A stretch of DNA of 64,000 nucleotides from an uncultured Gemmatimonadales bacterium (lineage in GTDB: Bacteria > Gemmatimonadota > Gemmatimonadetes > Longimicrobiales > Gaopeijiaceae). Positions within the stretch are counted from its first letter, which is position 1. Every line of letters begins with the position of its first letter. The position numbers and the translations under genes are program-made. Below the pieces are notes generated by a model. That model was not told the DNA's origin and did no database searches. It saw nothing but the letters and a program-made list of their open reading frames with translations. Location of the stretch: the NCBI GenBank assembly GCA_963809895.1, contig CAWELD010000010.1:1050123-1114122 (forward strand), in the 5' to 3' direction. Positions 28,931 to 39,468 of this stretch are shown one piece after another.

Positions 28931-29929
28931 GTGATCTCCGTGGAGGGCGTGACCAAGCGATACGGTCCCGTTGTCGCCGTGGACGGGCTCAGCTTCGAGG
29001 TGGACCGAGGCGAGGTGGTGGGGTTCCTGGGGCCCAACGGTGCGGGCAAGACCACCACCATGAAGATGCTCACCGGCACCTTGCAGCCCGACCAGGGGCG
29101 GGTGCTCTTCGACGGCGAGCCCATCGCCGAGGATCTGACCTCGGCGAAGCGACGGGTCGGCTATCTGCCGGAGTCCAACCCGCTCTACGACGAGATGCTG
29201 GTCTCCGAGTATCTGGACTACGTGGCCGAGCTGCGGGAGCTCGGCGGCCGCGAGATGCGGAGCGGGCTCCAGGACGCGGTGGACGAGACCGGAATCCACG
29301 ATGTCTTCTACCGTCCCATCGGAGAGCTCTCCAAGGGATACCGTCAGCGCATCGGCATGGCCGCGGCCATCCTGCATCGGCCGGAGGTGCTGATCCTGGA
29401 CGAGCCCACCGAGGGGCTCGATCCCAATCAGCGAGTGGAGATCCGGCGCCTGGTGGGCGATCTGGGCCGCGAGCGCACGGTCCTGCTCAGCACGCACGTC
29501 ATGCAGGAGGTGGAGGCCACCTGCTCGCGGCTGCTGATCCTGCGCCGGGGCCGGTTGGTGGCCCGAGGCAGCGTCGAGGACCTGTTGGCCAGCGGAAGTG
29601 GCGCGGCGCGCTACGTGGTGGAGGTAGAGGGAGAGGGCGCGACCGCGGCCCTGGCGGGGCTGGACGGTGTCTCGTCGCACCACACCGAAGCCGTGGACGG
29701 CCGCACGCGTGTCCATCTGGAGACCGGCGGCGACCGGGAGCTGCGTCCGGTCATCTTCGAGCTGGCCCGCGAGCGCGGATGGACGCTCTGGGAGCTGCAC
29801 CGCGAACGCGTCTCGCTGGAGCAGGTGTTCCGCGATCTCACCGGGGATCAGTCGGAGGAATCGGAGCTCGTGGGCGTGGGGGCCGCAGCGGACGACGGGA
29901 GCTCGGCGGGCGAGGAGGTGGTCCGATGA
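28931..29929 (+). CDS. ABC transporter ATP-binding protein (GldA-like)
   Basis: GPNGAGKTT, LSKGYRQR, ILDEPT, STH. Confidence 0.93.
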   Translation: MISVEGVTKRYGPVVAVDGLSFEVDRGEVVGFLGPNGAGKTTTMKMLTGTLQPDQGRVLFDGEPIAEDLTSAKRRVGYLPESNPLYDEMLVSEYLDYVAELRELGGREMRSGLQDAVDETGIHDVFYRPIGELSKGYRQRIGMAAAILHRPEVLILDEPTEGLDPNQRVEIRRLVGDLGRERTVLLSTHVMQEVEATCSRLLILRRGRLVARGSVEDLLASGSGAARYVVEVEGEGATAALAGLDGVSSHHTEAVDGRTRVHLETGGDRELRPVIFELARERGWTLWELHRERVSLEQVFRDLTGDQSEESELVGVGAAADDGSSAGEEVVR

Positions 29930-32202
29930 TCCGTTCCGTCTGGACCGTGGCTCGCCGGGAGCTGCGGAGCTATTTCGACCATCCCACCGCGTACGTGCTG
30001 GCGGTGGCGTTCCTGGGGCTGTCGCTCTATCTGGCCTTCCGCAACATGTTCGCCTCGGATGTGGCCACCCTCCGGCCCCTCTTCGGCCTGTTGCCCATTC
30101 TGTTCTCCATCTTCATTCCGGCGGCCACCATGCGGAGTCTCGCCGAGGAGCGGCGGGGCCGCACGCTGGACTGGCTTCTCTCGCAGCCGGTGAGCGAAGC
30201 CGAGGTCGTCCTGGGCAAGTTCCTCGGGGACTGGCTCTTCGTGCTGGTGGCGCTCGCCGGGACGCTCCCCACGGCGCTGGGCCTGCTCGCGGTGTCCGAC
30301 GCCGATCCGGGCATCGTGCTGGCGCAGTACGTCGGGGCGTCGCTGCTGGCGGCGCAACTGGTGGCCCTGGGACTGTGGGCGTCGGCCATGACACGGAACC
30401 AGATCACCGCCTTCATCGTGGCGGCGGTCCTGAGCTTCGCCCTCTACCTCATTGGCCTGGACATCGTGCAGATCGGGCTACCACCGGCCATCTCGGGGGC
30501 GCTGGCGAGGCTCAGCGTGGTGGCCCACTTCGAGAATGTGGCCCGAGGCGTGGTCGACCTGCGCGACGTGCTCTATTTCGTGAGCACAGGCGCCCTCTTC
30601 CTCATGCTGGCCACCGGTGCCGTGAGTGGGGCGCGCCTCAGCCGGGAGCGGCCCGAGTTCCGGCGCCTGCGCACCGGGACCGCCGTGGCGGCGGCGCTGG
30701 TGCTGGTGGTGAACCTGCTGGGGAGTCACGTGCGCGGCCGTCTGGACCTCACCCGTGGCGACCTCTACACACTCGCTCCGGGCACGAAGCACCTCCTGGG
30801 CGGCCTGGACGACATCGTCCAGGTGAAGCTGTTCGCCTCGAAGGAGCTCCCACCCGAGGTGCAGCTCCAGCTTCGCGACGTGCGCGACCTGCTCTCGGAC
30901 ATGAAACGGGCCGGCGACGGCAAGCTGGTCGTGACCGAGCTCCACCCCGACGGCGACGAGGATGCCGCGCAGCAGGCCAGCTCCTACGGCATCCAGCCGG
31001 TGGAGTTCAACGTGCTCCGCAACGACGAGTTCCAGGTGCGCCGCGGCTACTACGGGCTGGCCGTGGTCTACGCGGACAAGCAGAAGGTCTTTCCGGTGAT
31101 CCGGGGCACCGACGATCTGGAGTACCAGCTGGCGTCGACGGTCGCGTCTCTCACCGCCGACACCAAGCCCGCGGTGGCGTTCGTGAGCGGGTACGGGGCC
31201 AAGAGCCAGTATCAGATCCCCAACCTTCAGGACGCGCTGGCGGACCGCTACACGCTCCGCAGCCTGCAGGTGGGCGACTCCGCACCCCCGATTCCCGGGG
31301 ATTCGGTGCAGGTGGTGGTGCTCGCCGGACCGACGCAGGCGCTGGACAGCGTGGCGGTGGGGCAGCTCGAGCGTTTCATCGACGGTGGCGGATCCGCGCT
31401 CCTGATGGTGGATCCGGTCCAACTCGACAACCAGTCTCCCACGGCCATTCCGGTGCGCTCCGGGCTGGAGCCGCTCCTGGAGCGCAGCGGCGTGAAGATG
31501 GACGCGGGCATGGTGTACGATCTGGCATCCAACGAGCGCGTCTCGCTGGGGCGGCGGGGGCTCTTCAACGTGGTGAGCGCCTATCCGTTGTGGCCGGTGG
31601 CCGTGCCCGTGGAGGGCCAGCCCCAGACCCGAGGACTGAACGCGCTGGACCTGGGCTGGGCCGGGGCGCTGGAGATCGAGGACTCGGTCCACGTGGTTCC
31701 CCTCTGGCAGACCACGGAGAACGCCGGGCTCAAACCGGCGGGCAGCCCCATCATGCCGGACCAGGACTGGGATGCCCCCCCTGAAGACCTGTCGGTGAGG
31801 ACCGTGGCGGTGGCCGTGGATCCCTCGGCCGGGTCCGGGAGTGGCTCCGGCGGCGACGGCACCAGCGACGCCTCGGGTGGTGGGTTGGACGCTGGAAAGG
31901 GGCGCATGGTGATCGTGGCCGACGCCAACTGGGCGGAGCAACAGTTCGTGCAGGCCAATCCCCAGAACCTGGTCTTCCTGGCCAACGCCATCGATTGGCT
32001 CGCCCAGGATGAGTCCCTGATTCGCATCCGCTCCAAGAACCGGACGCCGCCGGCGCTCGTGCTCCAGTCCGATCTGTCTCGCGGCCTGCTCAAGTGGGGC
32101 AACCTGGTGGGGGTCCCGCTGCTGCTCGTCCTGGCGGGCGTGGCCCGGGTCACCGGCCGGAAGCGGAGAGCCATGAATCGTTGGAAGGAGGTGGTGGCAT
32201 GA
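29926..32202 (+). CDS. Fused ABC-2 permease (GldF-like) + GldG/GIFT domain protein
   Basis: RRELRSYF..AY, MRSLAEERRG.TL..L..QP, HFENVARGVVD, then DLTRGDLYTL, LEYQL, FLANAIDWL and a C-terminal TM helix. Confidence 0.88.
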   Translation: MIRSVWTVARRELRSYFDHPTAYVLAVAFLGLSLYLAFRNMFASDVATLRPLFGLLPILFSIFIPAATMRSLAEERRGRTLDWLLSQPVSEAEVVLGKFLGDWLFVLVALAGTLPTALGLLAVSDADPGIVLAQYVGASLLAAQLVALGLWASAMTRNQITAFIVAAVLSFALYLIGLDIVQIGLPPAISGALARLSVVAHFENVARGVVDLRDVLYFVSTGALFLMLATGAVSGARLSRERPEFRRLRTGTAVAAALVLVVNLLGSHVRGRLDLTRGDLYTLAPGTKHLLGGLDDIVQVKLFASKELPPEVQLQLRDVRDLLSDMKRAGDGKLVVTELHPDGDEDAAQQASSYGIQPVEFNVLRNDEFQVRRGYYGLAVVYADKQKVFPVIRGTDDLEYQLASTVASLTADTKPAVAFVSGYGAKSQYQIPNLQDALADRYTLRSLQVGDSAPPIPGDSVQVVVLAGPTQALDSVAVGQLERFIDGGGSALLMVDPVQLDNQSPTAIPVRSGLEPLLERSGVKMDAGMVYDLASNERVSLGRRGLFNVVSAYPLWPVAVPVEGQPQTRGLNALDLGWAGALEIEDSVHVVPLWQTTENAGLKPAGSPIMPDQDWDAPPEDLSVRTVAVAVDPSAGSGSGSGGDGTSDASGGGLDAGKGRMVIVADANWAEQQFVQANPQNLVFLANAIDWLAQDESLIRIRSKNRTPPALVLQSDLSRGLLKWGNLVGVPLLLVLAGVARVTGRKRRAMNRWKEVVA

Positions 32203-33122
32203 GTCGCAAGACGCTGCGCCTCATGGTGCAGGCGCTGGTGCTCCTGATCGTGGTGTGGGCCGGAGTGACCTTCTTCTCCAATCGGGAGGCGGCCACCGCG
32301 CCGGCCAGCGGTGCCCTGGCCGAGCTGTTCCAGGGCGTGACGCCCGAGACCGTCTCCGCCGTGAAGATCCGGCCCCCCCGGGGATCCGAGGTGGCGCTGG
32401 AGCGCCAGGGCGCGGGTGCCTGGACAGTGAACGGGCTTCCCGCGGATTCCTCCGAGATCGCACGCCTCCTGGACGGCCTCGAGGGCGCCGCCATCGGCGA
32501 CCTCGTCGCCACCAATCCGGAGAATCACGCTCGCATGGGCGTCGCTGGGGACAGCGCGTGGCGCGTGGAGCTGGACGTGGATGGAGCTACGCGGACCGTG
32601 CTGCTCGGGAGCGCGGGCAGCCGGTACGGGACCACGTACGTCCGGGCTCCCGGAGAAGACCCGGTATACCTCATGACCGGGAACGTCCGCTCCCTGCTCA
32701 CGCGGGGTGCCGACGCCTGGCGCAACAAGCGCGTGGCTGCCGTGGACACGGCTGCGGTGGCCCGCATCGAGGTGGCTGCGGGTGACGACGCCTACCGGCT
32801 CCAACGACAGGACAGCACCTGGACTCTGGAGGGCGGCGGCAAGGCCGATGCGGCCACCGTGCGCTCGCTCCTGGGTGAGCTGGCCTCGGCGCGGGCGTCG
32901 GGATTCGTGGCGCCGGGGGATTCCCTGGCGCAGGTCCCGGCCCGGGACCGCGTGTTGGCGCTGTCCGCGACGGGAGATACGCTGGCCGCTCTGACCGTGG
33001 GCGGCGAGGGGGGGGATCGCTGGGTGCGCGCGCGGGGTGACGAAACGCTCTACCGGCTGCAATCGTACCGGGCGGACCGCCTGGCACCGGCCGAGGATAA
33101 GGTGACGGGCTCGGGATCCTGA
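32199..33122 (+). CDS. DUF4340-domain protein
   Basis: N-terminal TM helix, W.V..PAD, LLG..G..Y.R, WRNK; typical partner of Gld-like ABC genes; ATGA overlap. Confidence 0.82.
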   Translation: MSRKTLRLMVQALVLLIVVWAGVTFFSNREAATAPASGALAELFQGVTPETVSAVKIRPPRGSEVALERQGAGAWTVNGLPADSSEIARLLDGLEGAAIGDLVATNPENHARMGVAGDSAWRVELDVDGATRTVLLGSAGSRYGTTYVRAPGEDPVYLMTGNVRSLLTRGADAWRNKRVAAVDTAAVARIEVAAGDDAYRLQRQDSTWTLEGGGKADAATVRSLLGELASARASGFVAPGDSLAQVPARDRVLALSATGDTLAALTVGGEGGDRWVRARGDETLYRLQSYRADRLAPAEDKVTGSGS

Positions 33123-33130
33123 GGTGCCCT

Positions 33131-33409
33131 CTAGAGGGGTGTTGAAGAAGTGGGGTGCGGCCGCGCGCCAGGGTCTTGCGGGTGTCAGGGTAGGAAGAGT
33201 GGCGAAAGCGATGCCGTAGCATCGGTGAGTCGCTCTGACGACGCCTGATGCCGCAACCCCCTGGCGCCCGGAGGGTTGGGGCGGCATGGCCCCATCTTCG
33301 TCGTTGGCACGGCTCGACGTAGCTTTGGCTATGCCTTCGCCGCACCGCCTAGAATCTGGGGCCATGGCGCTCCCAACGCGGCTCGCCCCACTTCTTCAAC
33401 ACCCTCTAG
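33131..33409. repeat. Palindromic MITE-like element, copy 2
   Basis: CTAG at both ends (33131-34, 33406-09), ~33-bp imperfect terminal inverted repeats, right half aligns with copy 1. Confidence 0.75.
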
Positions 33410-33443
33410 CGGGACGGGGGAGGCCGGGCCCAGACTGCCTGCC

Positions 33444-34529
33444 ATGCCCGGCGCCTCCCGCATTCCCGTCATCGACGGCCACAACGACACGCTCACGCGC
33501 ATCCGGCGTGATCCCGAGGAGGGGCGCCGGAGTTTTCTCGAGCGCAGCGGCGAAGGACACATCGATCTGCCACGCGCGTTGGACGGTGGTTTGGCCGCGG
33601 GCTTCTTCGCCATTTTCACGGAGACCCCAGGCTACGAGCGGAGCCTCCAGCCGGTGCTGGACGAGTCCGGCACGCCGGTGGAGGGCAGCTACCGGGTGCC
33701 GCTGCCACGGCGCCTCCGCCGCATGGGGGCGCTGCGGAACGTCCTGGCGGTGATGTCGGATCTCTTTCGCCTCGAGCGGGCGTCGGGGGGGCAGGTGGCG
33801 GTCGTGCGCAGCGCCGCGGAGCTGGCAGCATGCATGGACGAGGGTCGGCTGGCCGCCATCCTCCACATCGAGGGCGCCGAGGCCGTGGACACCCGATTGG
33901 AGGCGCTGGACGTCTTCCATGCCGCGGGGCTGCGCTCACTGGGGCCGGTGTGGAGCCGCCCCAACGCGTTCGCGCACGGCGTGCCGTTCGACTTCCCCTC
34001 GGGACCCGACACGGGGCCGGGCCTCACCGCCGCCGGCCGCCGCCTGGTCCGAGCGTGCAACCGGCTGGGGATCCTGGTGGACCTGTCCCACCTGAACCAG
34101 GCCGGCTTCCAGGACGTGGCCGGGCTGTCGGACGCGCCGCTGGTGGCGACCCATTCGTGTGCCCACGCGCTGTGTCCGTCGCCCCGGAATCTCACCGATG
34201 CGCAGTTGGACACCATCGCAGCCAGCGGTGGCATCGTCGGGGTGAACTTCCACAAGGGCTTTCTGCGTGCCGACGGCGACCCCGAGGCCGAGACCTCGCT
34301 CACCGAGATCGTTCGCCACGCGCGCTACATGGCGGATCGCATGGGCGTCGAGCACGTGGGGCTGGGCTCGGACTTCGACGGAGCGCGCATGCCCGAAGAC
34401 CTGGGCGACGTCACCGGACTGCCGCGGCTCCTCCATGCGCTGTCGGACGCCGGGTTCGACGAAGACGACGTGGAGGCCATCGCACACGGGAACTGGCAGC
34501 GGGTGCTGGCGGAGACCTGGGGCGGCTGA
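33444..34529 (+). CDS. Membrane dipeptidase family (M19)
   Basis: IDGHND, HIEG, DLSH, ATHS, GLGSDFDG, GNW.RV. Confidence 0.93.
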   Translation: MPGASRIPVIDGHNDTLTRIRRDPEEGRRSFLERSGEGHIDLPRALDGGLAAGFFAIFTETPGYERSLQPVLDESGTPVEGSYRVPLPRRLRRMGALRNVLAVMSDLFRLERASGGQVAVVRSAAELAACMDEGRLAAILHIEGAEAVDTRLEALDVFHAAGLRSLGPVWSRPNAFAHGVPFDFPSGPDTGPGLTAAGRRLVRACNRLGILVDLSHLNQAGFQDVAGLSDAPLVATHSCAHALCPSPRNLTDAQLDTIAASGGIVGVNFHKGFLRADGDPEAETSLTEIVRHARYMADRMGVEHVGLGSDFDGARMPEDLGDVTGLPRLLHALSDAGFDEDDVEAIAHGNWQRVLAETWGG

Positions 34530-34570
34530 AGGGCTGTGGGGGGCGAACCCAGCGCCGCGGCCTGGCCTGG

Positions 34571-35919
34571 CTAGGAGCCCTGGGCCTGTTCCGAGAGGAT
34601 GCGTCGCGCGGCGGCCGCGGCGGCGGCTGCCCCCTGCTCGTTCACCTGCCAGTCGGCGTGGCGAAGGAGTTCCACCACCAGATAGGGCGGCACCGGCGCC
34701 AGATCCACTCGGCGCGCCATGACGGCCTCCATGTAGGCCTTCACCAGGCCACCGGGGTCGTCTCGGGCTCCAAGCTGGGGTTGTCCCCCGCTCACGCCGA
34801 GCCCCATGCCCGACCACAAGGTCTCCAGCGCCCGGACATAGTCCGACCTCACCTGGTCCCGCTCCGCGCCGGTGAGCTCCAGGCCCTCCTCCTCTACACG
34901 TCGCCAGAGGATCTCCTGGCGCGACACGTCCTGCACCACCGACGCGAGCTGGGCGGGCTGCGCCGACGCCAGACGAGCCAGGCTCGCCGCCGGCAGGACC
35001 ACGAGATAGCGAGCCAGCACACTGTCGTCGACGCTGCCGTCCCGATATCGCGAGACCACCGCTCCGTCGCGCAGCGCGCTCCAGGGATCCCTCGCCACCG
35101 TGCGGGCCTGGCTGTCCCAGCCATCGGCCAACGTCAACTTGCGGCGCTGGACGAGGGCCCGGATGCTGTCCGCACGCGCCGCCGCATCGCGCCGAGATGC
35201 CAGCCTGGCCGCGAAGATCGGCCGTACCTCCTCGAGGCGGGGACGATAGAGGATGTGAAAGCCCTGGCGGCCCTCCACGACCTTCGAGATGTCGCCGGGA
35301 CGCAGGTTGAAGACGGTGGCTTCCAGCGACGGGTCGAGCTCACCTCGCCCCACGAGGCCAATGAGCCCGTTGCGGTTCCTGGTCTCCGGATCCTGGCTCT
35401 GGGCCACCGCTTCTGACCAGCTGCCTCCGGCGCTCAGGGAGTCCCGGATGCGCTGCGCCTCCAGGCGCTGACGTTCGCGCTCCTCTGAGTCGGCTCCCGC
35501 GGACACGGCGCGGAGCACCTGAGCCACGAGCCGCAGCTCGCCGCTCTCGTAGGTCCGGGCGACGTCGGCCGGGGTCGGTTCCGGAACGTCCGTGCGAGCC
35601 GCCAGATAGCGGTTGGCGAGCAGTCGACGGCGCTCGGGCCAGGCGACCTTCTCGATGAGGCCCGGCGACGTCAGCGAGTCCCCCGGGCGAGCGCCTGGAC
35701 CACGGCCGTCACCTCGACCCAATGGCGCGCGAGTCCGTGGGCGGTGGCGCTGTCCAGGGGTAGTGGCTGGCCCAGGACCATCCAGTGGGCCAGCGCGTCG
35801 ACCGTCAACGTGCGCCCATCGATCCGCGCTGCGGGTGGCGCGTCCGACGGCGCTCGACAGCCCGCCAGGCACGAGAGCGCAAGGAGTCCCGCTGCGAGTT
35901 TCGCGGGCGCTAGTCGCAT
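34571..35919 (-). CDS. PpiC/SurA-like peptidyl-prolyl isomerase lipoprotein, with -1 indel at the C-run 35680-35684
   Basis: Lipobox LAGC in one frame; rotamase-like SQDP..NG.IG..G.L..LE..VF.L.PG.IS.VVE...GFHIL in the adjacent frame. Confidence 0.75.
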
Positions 35920-36108
35920 CGGAGGACTCCCATGAACACGCTCCTCTGGGAGGGCAGGGGGGTGGACCCATTGAAAGGCGCGCCCCATCGCTCGGCGAAG
36001 GGACAATGTATGGGCCGGGGCCGAGGACGACGAGTGTGGCCCTTGCGGTGCGGGGCACCGGGCGTCACTCATTGGCCCCTCCGTCGCATCTCTTCCCGAG
36101 CGATCCAC

Positions 36109-37464
36109 ATGACCCCATCGCGCCTGCAACGGTTTGTCCTGATCACCCTGATTGCCGGGCGCATTGTCGTTCATGCGGGGCCAGGCCCAGACCACGCGCA
36201 GCTCGACGCTGGCCTCGCTGGACTCCCTGGTGGGAGACACGCTGGACACGGCCTCCTTCTGGCGACGCGTCGAGGATGCCGGCTCGCCCCTCGTGGAGCC
36301 TTGTCAGCACCGATTCGGTGCTGGTGACCTTCCTGTGGCGGGGAGGACCGGAGACCCGGAACGTGGCCGTCTTCGGCGCGCTCACCGGATGGTTGGCGCC
36401 CGCCAACCTGATGGAGCGGCTCCCCCGTACCGATGTCTGGTACCGGAGCGTGGCGGCGAGCGCTCGCGTGCGCTTCACCTACCGGCTGTCGGAGAACGAC
36501 AACCTGCGCACGTACTGGGAGGATCCGGACTTCGCCCAGCGGAGCGCCGGCTTCCGTCCGGACCCGCTGAATCCGGACACGGTACCGTTGAACCCCGCGC
36601 AGGAGGCATCGCACTTCACCGGCCCCGGCTTCGTGTCGAACCGCTGGACGCCCGTGCGCACTCCCAAGGGCGGGCCACCGCGACTCTCTGTCGCTGTCGG
36701 GCCGGCTGGTGGTCGTGTACCTGCCACCGGCTGCCGAGGTGGCCGATGAGGTCGGGCTCGTGGTGGCGCTGGACGGCGGCGCGTACGATGCGCTGGTTTC
36801 GACGCCGGCCACGGTCGAGGCGCTGACCGATGAGGGTGCGATTCCGCCCGCGATCGCCGTCATGGTCCACAGCGCGGACAGGAACAGGGAGCTGCCGCCC
36901 AACCGGGCCTTCACGTCGTTCGTGGCCGATACGTTGCTTCCGGCGCTCAGGGCGCGGTATCCGGTGTCCGGAGATCCTGCGCGCAACGTCATCGTCGGCT
37001 CCAGTCTCGGAGGCCTGGCCGCCGCCTGGCTCGGGTACCGGCTGCCGTCGGTTTTCGGCAACGTCGTCGCCCAGTCGGGGGCGTACTGGTGGTCGCCTCC
37101 GGGAGGTGACGGCGCTCCCTGGCTGCCCTGGCGCTACGCCGTCGGCGAGGTCGAGCCTCTGCGGCTCTGGGTCGAGGCCGGAGCCCTCGAGACCCAGCCC
37201 GTACGGGGCGGGGTCAGCATGCTGCGCCTGACGCAGCACTTTCGCGACGTGCTGTGCGCGCGGGGCTACGAGGTGAGCTATTCCACCTTCCCGGGCGGGC
37301 ACGAGTACGAGAATTGGCGTGCCACGTTGCCGCAGGCACTCACCTGGATCTTCAGCGGTGAGCCCGGCGACAGCGGGACGCGCTGCGGTCGGTCCGGCAC
37401 CGAGGATGAACGGCAGGGTCGTGGGGTGGGATCAGGTTCCGGTGGGCCGTGCGGTACGACGTGA
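36109..37464 (+). pseudogene. Enterochelin esterase (Fes)-like DUF3327 + alpha/beta hydrolase, broken by about 3 frameshifts
   Basis: VTFLWRG, DVWYRS, FTYRLS, VVYLPP, LDG, GSSLGG nucleophile, SQSG.W, GGHEY spread across several frames (breaks near 36168, 36303, 36700). Confidence 0.75.
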
Positions 37465-37925
37465 CGGAGGTCAGCGTCCAGGCGCCGTTCCGTCTCTCCC
37501 AGGTCTCGGTCCAGGCGAACTCGGTTTCGGCCTGGACCGCGGGGCCGCCCTCCGCGGTCGTCTCGGTACGTACGAGCTTGTGCACCCAGACCACGGCCAT
37601 GCGTCCGTCGGGCGAGAGGTGGATCTCGGGGGGCGTGAGGTCGTCCCAGGCCAGCAGTGTCGAGCGCTGAAAATAGCCGCGGAAGCGCTCCAGGCTCTCG
37701 GCCCGCGTCGGGTGGGTGATGCGACCGTCCTGGACGCTCACGAAGTCGTCGGCGAAGAGCGACACGAGGAGCTCGGCGTCACCGTTCATGTGCGCGGCGC
37801 GCTCCGTCGCCTGCAGCTCGAGGATCTCCGCTCTGGCCGCAGCCGGTGCTCGGGCGGCCGCCGAGGGCCGCTGCGGACATCAGCGTCACGACGGCCCAGG
37901 CCGTGACGCTCTTTGACGCCTTCAC
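37352..37925 (-). CDS. NTF2/SnoaL-like (DUF4440) protein; N-terminus probably frameshifted
   Basis: EILELQ..AAH..GDAE..LFADDF, WTETWERRNGAW; in-frame stop at 37880-82, with the signal-like N-terminus in another frame. Confidence 0.65.
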
Positions 37926-38098
37926 GCGGCGTCACCCACCTCGTCGGCGTTCTTCACCAGGAGCACGACGACGGTGAAGACGTTGAGGATCATGCCCGCG
38001 AAGAACCACAGCCAGGCGTTGCGACGGGTGTTCTGTGCCCACAGGGCGCAGAAGGCTCCGAAGAGAAAGAGAACGAGTCCCGCGCCGGATTCTTCCAC
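37922..38098 (-). CDS. 58-aa two-helix membrane protein (not in ORF track)
   Basis: GGAGGG RBS + GTG; MEESGAGLVLFLFGAFCALWAQNTRRNAWLWFFAGMILNVFTVVVLLVKNADEVGDAA; stop overlaps the next start. Confidence 0.75.
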   Translation of the reverse strand: MEESGAGLVLFLFGAFCALWAQNTRRNAWLWFFAGMILNVFTVVVLLVKNADEVGDAA

Positions 38099-38156
38099 GA
38101 TTCCCTCCTGGTGGGAGTGTTGTTCGCTCGTGCCGCCGCCGAGTCCGGGAGGGGGC

Positions 38157-38474
38157 TCAGCGCAGCCGGACCACGAAGGCGCCGCCGCCGGAATCCAGGG
38201 CGAAGTCGTCGACGGTGCGCCCCAGCTCTTCCTCCAGCAGCGTCTCTACCATGTCGCGGAGCACCGGACCCTCCGAGGAGCGGTTGCCCCGGCCGGTGAT
38301 CACCCGGAGCACGGTGCCCGACCCGCGTTGGGACCAGGAGCGCAGGAAGCCCTGCACCCTGATCTCCGCGGCCGAGGCCCGCAGCCCGTGCAGGTCCAGC
38401 TCCGCCTCCGGCACCGAACCCCTGAGCGTGCGCACCCGGCTCTCGGACGGGTGGCCCACCCGGCGCTTACCCAT
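38157..38474 (-). CDS. Stand-alone Smr domain protein
   Basis: ELDLHGL, VITGRGNRS, GGGAF.V.L. Confidence 0.88.
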   Translation of the reverse strand: MGKRRVGHPSESRVRTLRGSVPEAELDLHGLRASAAEIRVQGFLRSWSQRGSGTVLRVITGRGNRSSEGPVLRDMVETLLEEELGRTVDDFALDSGGGAFVVRLR

Positions 38475-39009
38475 CGGTGAGCACGTCGTAGCCGAGCAGC
38501 ACGATGCCCCGCGGGTAGCGCGTCAGGTCGGCGAGCGCCAGCCGCGTGTCGCCCTCCCCGGGAGGGAGGAGCGGCAGCCCGCTACCGAGGAGCACCGGGG
38601 TGACCGCCACCTCGATCCGGTCCACGAGGTGCCGATCCAGGCAACTGCGGAAGAGCTGCCCTCCGCCCATGAGCCAGATGTCCTTGCCGGGGCGGTCGCG
38701 CAAGCCCGCGAGGACCTGCGCCGGATCCTCGCGCGCGATCCGCACCTCGGGGTGGTCCGAAGGGTCGAGGGTCCGTGAGAACACGAGGTGCTCCATGGCG
38801 GCCATGGGACCTTCGATGTCCTGCGACGCCAGGACCTCGTAGGTGTGGCGACCCATGAGCATGGTGTCGAAGCGACCCAGGAAGGCACCCCAATCGATGT
38901 CCGGCTCCTCCGGAATCCAATCGTAGCTACCGTCGTCGCGCGCGATGTAGCCGTCGAGGCTCGCGGCCACGGAGTAGATCAGGCGTCGTTGGACATCGGT
39001 GGCGGCCAC
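38467..39009 (-). CDS. Dihydrofolate reductase / RibD C-terminal family protein
   Basis: ASLDGYIA, LMGR.TYE, IWLMGGG.L, P.LLG.G.PL. Confidence 0.9.
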   Translation of the reverse strand: MAATDVQRRLIYSVAASLDGYIARDDGSYDWIPEEPDIDWGAFLGRFDTMLMGRHTYEVLASQDIEGPMAAMEHLVFSRTLDPSDHPEVRIAREDPAQVLAGLRDRPGKDIWLMGGGQLFRSCLDRHLVDRIEVAVTPVLLGSGLPLLPPGEGDTRLALADLTRYPRGIVLLGYDVLTDG

Positions 39010-39012
39010 GGC

Positions 39013-39246
39013 TCAGTCCCGGGACCAGGGGAGGTGCACGACATCGGCGACCACCAGCACGCTGCGGCCGTGGTAGTCCCGGACGATGTGCTCGCCGTCG
39101 ATGGTCACTACCTCGACCTGCCCGGCCGTCTCTTCGTCGCGGAGCTTGTACCACACGCCGACCTGGCCGGCGCCGCCACCGTAGAGCGTCCACGCATCGT
39201 CGAACTCGATGCGCTTGAAGCGCACCACCAGACTTCGCTCGGTCAC
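39013..39246 (-). CDS. Small beta-rich hypothetical protein (77 aa)
   Basis: GGAGGA RBS + GTG 39246; protein-like composition; co-oriented with the DHFR-like gene. Confidence 0.6.
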   Translation of the reverse strand: MTERSLVVRFKRIEFDDAWTLYGGGAGQVGVWYKLRDEETAGQVEVVTIDGEHIVRDYHGRSVLVVADVVHLPWSRD

Positions 39247-39468
39247 CGTGTCCTCCTGCGCCACCGCGTCGCGATCCGCCCTGGAGAGCTCCCCGGGGTC
39301 ACGCTCCGGACCTCGGACGGTGCACCCGGAGGAGAGGGCGCGCACAGTAGGCCCGCTCCCTCGGTGCTCGCAAGTACGGCCAGCCGGGCGCTTCGGCGGT
39401 GGCCCCGGTATGCAGAGCGGCCCCATAGCCCTACATTTCCCCTCCTCCCCCTCGAACAAGGATGCTTT

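Noticed and set aside
28931-33122. Gliding motility locus
   Set aside because: GldAFG-like ABC systems are widespread outside gliding bacteria, and no gldK-N/spr genes are present here.
18459-33409. Repeat copies as a CRISPR array or an autonomous IS
   Set aside because: No repeat-spacer periodicity, no cas genes, and no transposase ORF inside the elements.
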